This document shows positions 8,645-18,338 of a DNA stretch of 64,000 nt, in pieces. Origin of the DNA: a virus (Duplodnaviria > Heunggongvirae > Uroviricota > Caudoviricetes). The first letter of the stretch is position 1; each line of letters opens with the position of its first letter. The position numbers were made by a program, and so were the translations under genes. The notes under the pieces are model-generated. The model was not told where the DNA came from, did not search any database, and saw only the letters and a list, made by a program, of their open reading frames with translations. The stretch lies in the IMG/VR virus record IMGVR_UViG_3300008108_000006; one strand, written 5' to 3'.

Positions 8645-8665
8645 CCAACCGTTAGTGATAATGAT

Positions 8666-8965
8666 TTATTTTAGTCTCTCAAAATATATTGTTTGTGTTG
8701 GACCACCTACATATGTTTCTAAACGAAAAACAAAATTATCATCGTCAATTTTTGAAAGTTTCATTTCTTCGTGTCCAGAGCCTAAATTAAACTTTTTAAG
8801 TTTTTGTAATAATTTTCTTTCTTCTCCTTGTTTCAAAAATTTTCCTTTAATTTTGATTTTCTCATCTCTATATTCCGCAGAAAATAAATCACTATCACTA
8901 ACATCAGATATATTCAAGTTTTCATTGAACTCTCCGAAACTTTTTATGTGTTTTTTATCTTTCAT
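8666..8965 (-). CDS. Small protein with T4 capsid-targeting-like N-terminus
   Basis: KHIKSFGEFNE resembles T4 internal-protein CTS (MKTYQEFIAE). Confidence 0.6.
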   Translation of the reverse strand: MKDKKHIKSFGEFNENLNISDVSDSDLFSAEYRDEKIKIKGKFLKQGEERKLLQKLKKFNLGSGHEEMKLSKIDDDNFVFRLETYVGGPTQTIYFERLK

Positions 8966-8990
8966 ATTCGTTTATTAAGTTTAGTGTTTT

Positions 8991-9049
8991 CATAATCTTG
9001 TTATTTTCTTTAACAATACAAAGATACTAGAAAAATTCTAACCTACAAA
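8991..9049 (-). repeat. ~60-bp promoter/start cassette, copy 2
   Basis: Near-identical to 8189-8248. Confidence 0.9.
9019..9049 (-). promoter_or_regulatory. Bacteroidota-type promoter TTTG-N19-TATCTTTG
   Basis: Exact consensus and spacing. Confidence 0.8.
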
Positions 9050-9056
9050 CTTTTTT

Positions 9057-10064
9057 TTAGATAATTTCCATACTCTCAGAAAATAAGATTTGTTCCACCA
9101 TCGGACAATTATTACGAATAATAATGTTAAACCATTCCTTGAACTTCCCCTTATCTTTGAAGTCAAAGGTAATTCCATCATAATTAAGTTTGAAAACTCC
9201 AACCTTTTCTAAAACATCAACCTTATTCACAACCATATTTGTAACCCCATTTATGTTTGCCGCTTTGATAATCATATCCATATCGGTCCAAGCAATCTGT
9301 CTTGGTCTTCCCGTTGTGGAACCAAACTCATTCCCCACTTCCCGGATTTGATTAAACACATCATCGGGTTGTTCAAAGGTCTTAGCACCAACATAAGTGT
9401 TATACGCCTTACATACACCATAAACCTTTCTAATCTTTTGTGGCGGAACTCCGTTCAATACCGCAGAACCAATCGTACAATGTGATGATGTTACATATGG
9501 ATAATCACCCCAATCAATATCCAATTCAAAACCTTGTGCCCCCTCAAATAATATCCGAACATCAAAATCATTCTTGTGAAATACATTATAGATATCACAT
9601 ACATAATTCCGAATCTCTTCAACATCCTCAGCTCTAATACCCTGACGATAATACTTGTCACGATATGCAGGACCATTACCTGTTTTGGTTGTTCCAATCT
9701 TTGAATCCTTGGAATCCTCGGCAATGTGATCATCGGTAATAATATGAACCCTCTTGTCAATGAATAAGTATTCCCTAACACGAATACCCTTACTCTCCAA
9801 ATCCTTAATCTCACTCATAAGTGAATTGATATTCACAACACACCCAGGCCCAATGATGGATATCAAACCATTAACAATCCCCGATGGTATGTAATGAGTA
9901 ACAATCTTCATATCACCAACATAAATGGTGTGACCAGCGTTTCCACCACCATTATAACGAACAACGTGTGTATATTCACCACTTTGAGTTAAATAATTAC
10001 AAACCTTACCTTTTCCAGTATCACCCGCTTGTAAATCAACTATTACATCTGCAAATTCTAACAT
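9057..10064 (-). CDS. purA: Adenylosuccinate synthetase (short form)
   Basis: GDTGKGK P-loop, GGGNAGHT, EGAQG, DWGDYPYVTSS, GSTTGRPR, NKVD. Confidence 0.93.
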   Translation of the reverse strand: MLEFADVIVDLQAGDTGKGKVCNYLTQSGEYTHVVRYNGGGNAGHTIYVGDMKIVTHYIPSGIVNGLISIIGPGCVVNINSLMSEIKDLESKGIRVREYLFIDKRVHIITDDHIAEDSKDSKIGTTKTGNGPAYRDKYYRQGIRAEDVEEIRNYVCDIYNVFHKNDFDVRILFEGAQGFELDIDWGDYPYVTSSHCTIGSAVLNGVPPQKIRKVYGVCKAYNTYVGAKTFEQPDDVFNQIREVGNEFGSTTGRPRQIAWTDMDMIIKAANINGVTNMVVNKVDVLEKVGVFKLNYDGITFDFKDKGKFKEWFNIIIRNNCPMVEQILFSESMEII

Positions 10065-10073
10065 AATCTTAAA

Positions 10074-10328
10074 TTAAATTTTATCCAAACACCAAATCGG
10101 TGTCTTTTCACCAACATATGAACCCTGAACATTGAATGAAAAATACTCAATAGCATCTTCTTCACTCATATCACGACATAAAATTGTAATACATTTACTG
10201 ATTGAATAGATTAGTCTCATACTTGACTCATCTAACCCTATGATGGCATCATCAAAACCATCCGCCTTCAAAAATAACTCATCCTCATAATTCATGAATA
10301 AGTACTCCAAAAAATTTGTTTGTTCCAT
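10074..10328 (-). CDS. Conserved hypothetical phage protein
   Basis: ADGFDDAIIG...EEDAIEYFSFNVQGSYVGEKTP, a motif common in aquatic phages. Confidence 0.7.
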   Translation of the reverse strand: MEQTNFLEYLFMNYEDELFLKADGFDDAIIGLDESSMRLIYSISKCITILCRDMSEEDAIEYFSFNVQGSYVGEKTPIWCLDKI

Positions 10329-10383
10329 AATTCTTAATCAAGAATAAGAAACAAAATTCATAAAAACAACTAAATGATTATTC

Positions 10384-10716
10384 TTATAATGGAAAGGTTT
10401 CGCCAACAAATTGGTTAGGAACAGGAATGGTTTGAATGGTGTTTATACCCTCAATTTGAAAGGTTTCACCAACCCATCTACCCATAAGTGATTCTAACAT
10501 AGATAGTTCCATAGGAAGGTATCGAAGAATATTTTCACTAATACCACGATAGATAAATAAGTCTTTATTTTTCAAACCCAAATGACCATCTCCTTCAGGA
10601 TCTATTAACCAAATAATCCCAAATATATCTTTTCTCCATTCATATTTCTTAAACTGAGTTTCCATGAATTTTTTGAATATTGGATATAACTTTTCTTCTG
10701 TTACCTTGACTTTCAT
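10384..10716 (-). CDS. Tandem paralog 1 (MKVKVTEEKL family)
   Basis: Start refined to ATG 10716 by alignment with paralogs; TATTTAT upstream. Confidence 0.75.
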   Translation of the reverse strand: MKVKVTEEKLYPIFKKFMETQFKKYEWRKDIFGIIWLIDPEGDGHLGLKNKDLFIYRGISENILRYLPMELSMLESLMGRWVGETFQIEGINTIQTIPVPNQFVGETFPL

Positions 10717-10769
10717 AATGATAAATATCCTTATAATGGAAAGGTGTCTCCAACACTCAACGGTGATGG

Positions 10770-11069
10770 TCAAGTCATCACCTGGACGATTAACCCCTCA
10801 ATTTGAAAGGTCTCTCCAACCCATCTACTCATAAGTGATTCTAACATAGATTGTTCCATAGGAATGTAGCGAAGAATTCCTTCACTAATATCCACATAGA
10901 CATGTAAATATCTACCTTCCACCAATTCCATTTGACCATATCCTTCAGGATCCATAAAAAATATCCCACCATTATTTTTATCTCTTCTCCATTCATATCT
11001 CTTAAACTGAGTTTCCATAAATTTTTTGAATATTGGATATAACTTTTCTTCTGTTATTTTAACTTTCAT
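10770..11069 (-). CDS. Tandem paralog 2 (MKVKITEEKL family)
   Basis: Near-identical N-terminus; TATTTAT upstream. Confidence 0.75.
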   Translation of the reverse strand: MKVKITEEKLYPIFKKFMETQFKRYEWRRDKNNGGIFFMDPEGYGQMELVEGRYLHVYVDISEGILRYIPMEQSMLESLMSRWVGETFQIEGLIVQVMT

Positions 11070-11099
11070 AATGATAAATATTCTTATAATGGAAAGGTT

Positions 11100-11420
11100 T
11101 CACCAACCTAATGGTTTCAAAACGAATGGATTCATTTGGGGATTTAACACCTCAATTTGAAAGGTCTCTTCAACCCATCTACTCATAAGTGTTTGTAACA
11201 TAGATTGTTGTATAGGAATGTAGCGAAGAATTTTATCTTTAATACCACGATATATCCATAATTTTTTGTTTTTTTCCAATTCCAAATGACCAAATCCTTC
11301 AGGATCTATATACCAAATGGAATCATATTCATCTTTTCTCCATTCATATCCCTTAAACTGAGTTTCCATGAATTTTTTGAAAACTGGATATAACTTTTCT
11401 TCTGTTACTTTAACTTTCAT
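11100..11420 (-). CDS. Tandem paralog 3 (MKVKVTEEKL family)
   Basis: Near-identical N-terminus. Confidence 0.75.
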   Translation of the reverse strand: MKVKVTEEKLYPVFKKFMETQFKGYEWRKDEYDSIWYIDPEGFGHLELEKNKKLWIYRGIKDKILRYIPIQQSMLQTLMSRWVEETFQIEVLNPQMNPFVLKPLGW

Positions 11421-12199
11421 AACATTTCATTAACTCTGTTTATAAAGTTATCTATCTTTTCGGTATATAAACTTCTAATTATAACCTCAACAATTTCTGA
11501 TATATTAACATACATAGTATCATATACCATAGATTCATCCTCATCTTCATCACCAATTATCGGATAGAATGATGAGTAATACTCATTTGTTATATCATCT
11601 GTAAGATCCAAAATAAACCTTTCACTATCAAAATAAACAAGATTATCAAAAGGATTAGATCTTAACTCTTGAATCAAATCATTAAAGAAAATATCACTTT
11701 CCAAACGTTCATCCACATAATTAGTAAGTACTGACAATTTACGTAATATTTGTTGTTTAACACCTTCTTTTGTTGTAATGGATTCCATAATAGTTTCTGT
11801 TATTTCCGTATTTTTTTTGAATATTGAGATCATCTCAACGGTATGAATTTTCTCAATCTTATAACCAACATCAGGTGGAAGTTGTTTGATTAACGATTTC
11901 CAAGCCCTTTCCGCCTCATCAGACCTAAACGCCGATTGAATGATGATATTCGGCATTTTATCCAATAACTCCAACATCGCTTTCTTATATAAACCTCTAC
12001 CCTTAAATTCTTCCTTTATTGTTGCCATAACAACCATATAATGTTTTTCATCAGGTGTTTCCAATGTCATATCACCAACCGCCTCACCATCACTCATAAT
12101 GAACACCTCAATGAATCCATCCAATCGTTCAATTTGAATTTCTTCATTTATTACACCCATAACCTTACGGATTCTACCTATCTCTTCATTTAATCTCAT
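11417..12199 (-). CDS. GNAT-like acetyltransferase domain protein with leader
   Basis: TIKEEFKGRGLY resembles GNAT acetyl-CoA motif A, then RSDEAERAWKSL; leader MRLNEEIGRIRKVMGVINEE. Confidence 0.55.
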   Translation of the reverse strand: MRLNEEIGRIRKVMGVINEEIQIERLDGFIEVFIMSDGEAVGDMTLETPDEKHYMVVMATIKEEFKGRGLYKKAMLELLDKMPNIIIQSAFRSDEAERAWKSLIKQLPPDVGYKIEKIHTVEMISIFKKNTEITETIMESITTKEGVKQQILRKLSVLTNYVDERLESDIFFNDLIQELRSNPFDNLVYFDSERFILDLTDDITNEYYSSFYPIIGDEDEDESMVYDTMYVNISEIVEVIIRSLYTEKIDNFINRVNEML

Positions 12200-12211
12200 A
12201 ATATATAAATA

Positions 12212-12517
12212 TTACTCTTTGTTCTCATGTTTTTGTGTTCCAAAATAATATGAAAATATCATCAACACAAGTGTTTTTATTAAATCAAAAAGTTCTTTAC
12301 TTTGACCTTCAGTTAATAAGTTAATCTTGAATGCTATTATTTTATCAACAACATAAACACCCGTAAGTGCCGCAAATACCATAAGTATAAACCTAACCAA
12401 AACGTCTTTGGTACCGGTGGCAAACAATTTGTATGTCCCATACATAAATCCACCAACAAGTAATAACGATAAAATTACCGCAAAAATCGTAATCCAAATA
12501 TCACCTGAGCTATACAT
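12212..12517 (-). CDS. Three-TM membrane protein
   Basis: Three hydrophobic segments; TATTTAT upstream. Confidence 0.65.
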   Translation of the reverse strand: MYSSGDIWITIFAVILSLLLVGGFMYGTYKLFATGTKDVLVRFILMVFAALTGVYVVDKIIAFKINLLTEGQSKELFDLIKTLVLMIFSYYFGTQKHENKE

Positions 12518-12544
12518 CTAAATAAATATTATTACATTTCAAAA

Positions 12545-12919
12545 ATGAAAGCAATCATAGCAGTTAATAACAAACAATACATCGGATTAAATAATAAATT
12601 ACTTTGGAAAAGTAAGGAAGATCTTAAACACTTCAAACAACTAACCGAAGGTCAACGTTTATTGGTCGGTTATAACACCTTCACAGAATTACCTCCATTG
12701 AAAAATAGAACTCTTATCATAGATCAACGGAACGAGTTTTTATCTGCCGATTGGTGTATCGGTGGAAAAAAAACCTATGAAAAGTATTGTCATCTATTCA
12801 CAGAACTACACATATCAAAAATAGATAATGATGACATCGGTGATACCGAATATCCGAACCTTGAAAATCTAAATCCCGAGTGTAAGGTCTTCACTTATTA
12901 CTTCTCAACAACAGATTAA
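12545..12919 (+). CDS. folA: Dihydrofolate reductase (compact)
   Basis: IIAVN...IGLNNKLLWKSKEDLKHFKQLT...VGYNTF...LKNR...IGGKKTY...DTEYP. Confidence 0.9.
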   Translation: MKAIIAVNNKQYIGLNNKLLWKSKEDLKHFKQLTEGQRLLVGYNTFTELPPLKNRTLIIDQRNEFLSADWCIGGKKTYEKYCHLFTELHISKIDNDDIGDTEYPNLENLNPECKVFTYYFSTTD

Positions 12920-13411
12920 CGTGATCTTGCCGTCAGTTAAGTAAGGTCTAATATCACCTTCCATAAAACCAATGTTAACATATTCTGAAGGTCTTTCAAA
13001 CTCATCATAACATTCAACTGAACAATCACCACTATTCATAATGATCTTGTTAATAATAAACGGATCAATATCCATTTTATGGTTAATCGTCTCAGGTTTG
13101 GTATAATACCCAATCTGATCATCAATACCAATCACCTTATAATAACGATTGATATCAATTTCCATATCCCCACAATCCTCAGAACAATCATAAGGATATT
13201 GTGTAACTTTATACGGATTCAGATTTGTTAATTTCTTAGCAACTGATTTACCATCCGTCATAATATCACCAACTTTCAAATTCTTTTCACGAATCCCTAA
13301 AAATAACCTCGGCTTACATTGACAGTTTTCACCCAATTCATCACACCATAAACATTCACCATTGTGATCCATTTTTGGTGATACCGAAAATAATTTTGCG
13401 TTTTTCTTCAT
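12905..13411 (-). CDS. Hypothetical protein
   Basis: ORF track. Confidence 0.55.
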   Translation of the reverse strand: MKKNAKLFSVSPKMDHNGECLWCDELGENCQCKPRLFLGIREKNLKVGDIMTDGKSVAKKLTNLNPYKVTQYPYDCSEDCGDMEIDINRYYKVIGIDDQIGYYTKPETINHKMDIDPFIINKIIMNSGDCSVECYDEFERPSEYVNIGFMEGDIRPYLTDGKITLICC

Positions 13412-13680
13412 AATTTCTTTTTTAATGTCTCTAATAGATCAATATCGATCTTTTCACCCAATAAAAATCTCATACACTTTTCAACTAACTTCTGCTCAGG
13501 TGATATATCATTCCTACTAGCCAAATATGTTACGTGTTTAACTTCCGTATCATTAAAATAAATATCAATACCATCAAACAACTTTTTTAACTCCTCAAAT
13601 CTCTCCCCCTCAAATACTTTGTAGTCGGTTACAAAAACCACATAAGCATAATCCAATTTAATCTTATTAAGCAATAACAT
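13408..13680 (-). CDS. Hypothetical protein
   Basis: ORF track; 4-bp overlap with next gene. Confidence 0.6.
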   Translation of the reverse strand: MLLLNKIKLDYAYVVFVTDYKVFEGERFEELKKLFDGIDIYFNDTEVKHVTYLASRNDISPEQKLVEKCMRFLLGEKIDIDLLETLKKKL

Positions 13681-13697
13681 AACCCATCACTTTAAGA

Positions 13698-13982
13698 TTA
13701 CACCCAATCATAAACAACAACAATATCTTCTGATAAAATTCCAGCATAAGCACCAAATCCCTTAACATATTGCCTATTTTGCTCCCTTAAATCCCAATCA
13801 TTCAACATATGTTTGTGACTCAATGTTAAATAAATAAAAGCCAATTTACCTATGTTATTAATTTTATAATCATAGATAAAATTTTCAGGTTCTTTGATGT
13901 AATACCTATCTAAAACCATATTCAAAATGTAAATTAATTTTTCCATCAGAGCAAATGTAGTGAATTTTTTTTGTAATACCAA
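13698..13982 (-). CDS. Hypothetical protein (start uncertain)
   Basis: ORF track. Confidence 0.5.
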   Translation of the reverse strand: MVLQKKFTTFALMEKLIYILNMVLDRYYIKEPENFIYDYKINNIGKLAFIYLTLSHKHMLNDWDLREQNRQYVKGFGAYAGILSEDIVVVYDWV

Positions 13983-14423
13983 ATGTTTTCTACTATATTT
14001 ATTGACATGACAACAATAGAACTAGCAAACAAATTTATATCTAAAAAATTAAAAGGTCTAACAATTAAGGATATCACTTATGAAACCGATATTAAAGACA
14101 ACCCCACGTACGGTGTTGCGTTTATTGAAATATCTAAAGACTATTTAATGTCTCACTCAACTCCGATAGATAGAGACACATATAAAGATATGAAAAGTAA
14201 GGAATATTTCCCTTGGAGTGATCCTCCACCAAACCCTAATTATCCTGATATAAGGGTTTTGAAAGATTTTGCCGATTCTATTGATGAGAAAACTTTCGAT
14301 ACAATTTATACTTATATAGTTGAGTCACATTATATAATAACCGAATTACATTTTAAACATTTATCAATACGTTTTGGTCCTTACGAAGGTTTTTTTGACG
14401 AACCTTTTGAATACTTCCGATAA
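13983..14423 (+). CDS. Hypothetical protein
   Basis: ORF track; no competing long ORF. Confidence 0.55.
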   Translation: MFSTIFIDMTTIELANKFISKKLKGLTIKDITYETDIKDNPTYGVAFIEISKDYLMSHSTPIDRDTYKDMKSKEYFPWSDPPPNPNYPDIRVLKDFADSIDEKTFDTIYTYIVESHYIITELHFKHLSIRFGPYEGFFDEPFEYFR

Positions 14424-14425
14424 AA

Positions 14426-15529
14426 TTAAATCAATTTACTTCTTAAGTAGTTTTTCTCATCTTCATTCAATGTATCCAAAAATCTATTAACTTGTCCCAA
14501 TCTTCTAATTCTAAGATCATCACCCGCAAAATCACTATCACCATAGTCAGTGTCCGCGGCTTCAAAATATTCTTCATACAAATATTCACTCACAATAATC
14601 CCACCCATATCGTCTATCATATCTTTACTTGTTGCAAACATCGTTCTATACCAAGAATCTGTAAAATACGTTTGCCCATGTTTTTCATATGTTACATCAA
14701 ATTTATACAATTCAGGAAAAACAACATCATCTACTTTAGTTTCTTTGGTAATTTCATTATTAGAAAATATGTCAAATATATAAACCAATAACTCCATAGC
14801 ACTAACTTTATCATTACCGAATTTACCACCAACAAAGAGATCCATTTCGTGATAATATTTGTCGTATATCGTTTCAACCGCATCAGTATAATCTAAATTA
14901 TCACCATACTTTACAACAAAATATTTACATAATTTAAGTAATTCTTCTTTTGACATATCGGTGATATCTGCAGACTCAGTTAATATACGTTTAGTTTTGG
15001 GTTTTGATTCATTAATAGGTCCTTCAATTGTAAAATCTGTATAATCCCAATCATTAAATTCCTTATCGTCAGTATCGTAGTCGTACATTTCCATCTCATC
15101 CCAAATAAAAGTACCACCCTCATCATACCATGATACTATGTCACGAGCATCTTCCTCAGTTACCGCATGAACCACTCCTTTGTGGAATTCTGTCTTCCAT
15201 TCCATTACTTTTGATTTTCCATAAACATTGATCTTATTTAACGGAAGGAATATAAAATCTTTCTTTTCAAAATTATCACTTGCAATTATTTCCATATTAA
15301 CCAAAAGTGTTGATCGGATCCAAGCTGCTAACTCAAACTCACTAACACCCCTAAGTTGTTCTTTAGTTACCCCCACATAACTCAAATCGTTTTCAAATAC
15401 TGAATAAAAATCTTCCAAGTCAGAATCGTGAACAAATTCATAATCCTTCAAATCAGGAGACATCTTAGTTAAAATCGCAATAATCGTAAACATGTAGTTA
15501 CGATCTATTTTTTCTAAAATATTAGCCAT
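14426..15529 (-). CDS. Acidic protein with two internally homologous halves
   Basis: Halves separated by INES...ILTES; TATTTAT upstream. Confidence 0.7.
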   Translation of the reverse strand: MANILEKIDRNYMFTIIAILTKMSPDLKDYEFVHDSDLEDFYSVFENDLSYVGVTKEQLRGVSEFELAAWIRSTLLVNMEIIASDNFEKKDFIFLPLNKINVYGKSKVMEWKTEFHKGVVHAVTEEDARDIVSWYDEGGTFIWDEMEMYDYDTDDKEFNDWDYTDFTIEGPINESKPKTKRILTESADITDMSKEELLKLCKYFVVKYGDNLDYTDAVETIYDKYYHEMDLFVGGKFGNDKVSAMELLVYIFDIFSNNEITKETKVDDVVFPELYKFDVTYEKHGQTYFTDSWYRTMFATSKDMIDDMGGIIVSEYLYEEYFEAADTDYGDSDFAGDDLRIRRLGQVNRFLDTLNEDEKNYLRSKLI

Positions 15530-15583
15530 ATTTAATAAATACCTATTGAATTATAAATATCAATATGTTACTATTATTTAACT

Positions 15584-15778
15584 ATGGAAAAACAACACAT
15601 TTTATACGATTGGATCTTTTGGTGTAACACTTATGAAGACAACACCTGGTACGGAATTAAGAAAAACGATATCTCCAAATTTTTTATGGGTGGTGATATT
15701 ATAAAAGAAGTAGAACACTTCACAGGTAAAACAATGAAGGAAGTAGTTTCAAAAGCATTGAACACTTATCTTGTTTGA
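15584..15778 (+). CDS. Hypothetical protein
   Basis: ORF track. Confidence 0.6.
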   Translation: MEKQHILYDWIFWCNTYEDNTWYGIKKNDISKFFMGGDIIKEVEHFTGKTMKEVVSKALNTYLV

Positions 15779-15802
15779 TATATTTATAAGATAAAAGAAA
15801 TC

Positions 15803-16141
15803 ATGATCAACGAAACACATAAGAGAATATTAAAGATGATGGGTGTTACATTAACTGAACAAGTTAATCAAGAAAATCAACCATTAACACCATTACAAAA
15901 AATAGAATCTCTATTGAATGATGAAGGTTTAACTGAGAAATTATCCTACCTATTGGAATCTTTCAATGTTGAAACAAAAGAAGAGTTCTTGGAATCGTTA
16001 TCCAAGAGCGTTAATAAAACTTTGATTATGAGATTAATGAACACCTCAAGACAGAAATACGATACCGATAAAGATGATCTTTACAAACAAATTATTGAAA
16101 TCTTATCTGAGGTGCTCAAAACATCTGATACCTTAAAATAA
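15803..16141 (+). CDS. Hypothetical protein with leader (MINETHKRILKMMGVTLTEQ)
   Basis: Leader variant; TATTTAT at 15781-15787. Confidence 0.65.
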   Translation: MINETHKRILKMMGVTLTEQVNQENQPLTPLQKIESLLNDEGLTEKLSYLLESFNVETKEEFLESLSKSVNKTLIMRLMNTSRQKYDTDKDDLYKQIIEILSEVLKTSDTLK

Positions 16142-16150
16142 CAACCTATT

Positions 16151-16333
16151 TTATGGTTGATAGATCCTAACAACCTCACAAGATTTATACTTACAGATGT
16201 CTTTTTTAGCCCGTCTTTTAGTATAATCTTTATTATCAAAAACGGATGCTTCGTTGATCGCAACAAACTCTTCTCTTTCATCCGACCAATACTCATTAGG
16301 GTTAACCAATGATCTTACAACATAATACTTCAT
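16151..16333 (-). CDS. Hypothetical protein
   Basis: ORF track; coupled to upstream gene. Confidence 0.55.
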   Translation of the reverse strand: MKYYVVRSLVNPNEYWSDEREEFVAINEASVFDNKDYTKRRAKKDICKYKSCEVVRIYQP

Positions 16334-16665
16334 ATCTTATTTTTATTTAAGTAGTTAGCCCAATCCTCAGCGCCATCATCATCACGTCTTGATGCGTATT
16401 TTTTAGTTAATAGGTTATTCATACGTTTCTCATGATCTACCTTGATCCAATTATTCGGTATATCATTCTTAACGTCAGATAATTCAACCCTATGTTCAAC
16501 ATAATGCGTGATATAAACAACTCCGTCTTTATCACTAATAACCATATTCGGTTTCATTCCAACATATGGTATATATGTTTTTCCATCATAAACCATATTT
16601 TGGATCATTACCTCGGAATCACCATTCAAAGATTCCAACTTTTCCCTTAATTCAGATACTTTCAT
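16330..16665 (-). CDS. Hypothetical protein
   Basis: ORF track. Confidence 0.6.
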   Translation of the reverse strand: MKVSELREKLESLNGDSEVMIQNMVYDGKTYIPYVGMKPNMVISDKDGVVYITHYVEHRVELSDVKNDIPNNWIKVDHEKRMNNLLTKKYASRRDDDGAEDWANYLNKNKI

Positions 16666-16723
16666 CAGTTTTTTATTTAATAATACGAATTACTTATCAC
16701 AATGTCAATTAACTCATAAAGAA

Positions 16724-18313
16724 TTAAATATCAATCTCAGAAAGTCTTTCTCTCACAAGTTCATTAACAATATCATCGTCGGGTGATGGATACCACCTAT
16801 CATCATAATCAAATGTTGGTTTTTCAATATAGTCTTGTTCCATCAAAGTATCAAGAACACCATCTAAATTGTAACCTCCGGTATTTTCATAAGAACTACT
16901 ATAAGGGTAAAAGTGTTCATCAAAAATATCCATAACAGATTCATCATCCACATCCACCAAGTTTGATAAATCAACCTCTATCTCAACACCACCATCATCA
17001 AATCTAGAAACATTACCATATTCCTCTAAGGCTGATTTTAATAGGGATTGCATATGATCAACATAATCGTCACCATCAGCAGAATTTATTGCAGATCTAA
17101 TAGCATTCATTATCTCATAATCACCATCAACCTCTTTAATAGAATCTTTCAAATCTAAATCTTCATCCAATTCAATATTATTTTTTTGTGCCATTTGTCT
17201 AACGATATCCCAAAGTTTATTTTCAGTTTCTTTGTCAATCGTGTAACTAAAAAAGCTTGAAGTATCTACATCATTATCATATCCCCACAAATCCCAAGGA
17301 GCTACCATAATTTCTTCAAAAATATGTACCGTTCTCACGTCTCCGTTTCTGTTACGGTATCTATTTTCCCAACCTCCATTAACATAATATTTTATATAAT
17401 CAGGATCTAACTTTAACGTAAAGTTTGTCGGTAACGGTGGAAGTTCAATAAGACCCATTTTAGCTAACACCCTTTGCATTGATTTGGATTCAAATAAATC
17501 AGGTCTTTCTTGATATAATTGTTTAATTGTTTCATCGGGAAGATCACTTATTTTGAAATCTTGTTGTGCCCCATACTCAGAACCAAACTTTTGAATTAAA
17601 TAACCATCTTCACCATCCATTACAGAAAACAATGGCACAATATATTGATGGTATTTATCACTAGGTTTCGAGTTTTTAGGACCTTTTAATTGATACAAAA
17701 CATTATCATCACCAATCGCCGCAGTTAATAATGACTTATTTATTTTAAATTTATCATTTAATGGAACATATTGTCTTAATGAATATAAATAACCATATGA
17801 ACTTCTTCCACAATGTCCCATCCTTTCACATTCTTCAGGTGAGTTATTTGTGTTCAAATCCACCCAATATAAACCATTACCATTTTTATCTCTAAAATCT
17901 AAAATCACATCGTGATCCTCAACATAATTAATTTGACCTTCACCAACTTCTAAACTATCGTGCCATTGTTTTGATAACGAATATAACTCATTAAACGTGT
18001 TATTTTTGTAAGGTTGTACATTACCATTTAGTCCTACCCTAATCCAATCCATTATTGATTGGATTCTTTGTCTAATATAAAGAGGAACTTCGTATTTTTC
18101 TTTGAGCATGTTTTCCATTTCCAATGGTGTTAACATATTTCGCATGTTAGTATTCAAATAGTCAATAACTTTGTTCCCCATCCAAACGGATAATGGTCCG
18201 CACAATTCATCTAATGTCTCAGCCGCCTTCTCACTAAAATTAAGCTTATCTATTAGAATTTTTTTCTTTGACGCTTCTAATATTATTTGTCTTATGTTTT
18301 CTAATAATTTCAT
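16724..18313 (-). CDS. Large leader-bearing protein with PcfJ-like motif
   Basis: SKQWHDSL...EECERMGHCG...YSLR...QLKGPKNSKP fits the PcfJ-like ExxxMxHC pattern; TATTTAT upstream. Confidence 0.55.
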   Translation of the reverse strand: MKLLENIRQIILEASKKKILIDKLNFSEKAAETLDELCGPLSVWMGNKVIDYLNTNMRNMLTPLEMENMLKEKYEVPLYIRQRIQSIMDWIRVGLNGNVQPYKNNTFNELYSLSKQWHDSLEVGEGQINYVEDHDVILDFRDKNGNGLYWVDLNTNNSPEECERMGHCGRSSYGYLYSLRQYVPLNDKFKINKSLLTAAIGDDNVLYQLKGPKNSKPSDKYHQYIVPLFSVMDGEDGYLIQKFGSEYGAQQDFKISDLPDETIKQLYQERPDLFESKSMQRVLAKMGLIELPPLPTNFTLKLDPDYIKYYVNGGWENRYRNRNGDVRTVHIFEEIMVAPWDLWGYDNDVDTSSFFSYTIDKETENKLWDIVRQMAQKNNIELDEDLDLKDSIKEVDGDYEIMNAIRSAINSADGDDYVDHMQSLLKSALEEYGNVSRFDDGGVEIEVDLSNLVDVDDESVMDIFDEHFYPYSSSYENTGGYNLDGVLDTLMEQDYIEKPTFDYDDRWYPSPDDDIVNELVRERLSEIDI

Positions 18314-18338
18314 ATACTAATAAATATATGAAAAATAC

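Noticed and set aside
9057-10064. PurZ / 2-aminoadenine (Z) genome
   Set aside because: The catalytic Asp of the P-loop, the TTGRxR loop and the GTP-type NKVD motif are PurA-like; no dATPase or MazZ-like partner is recognisable in the window
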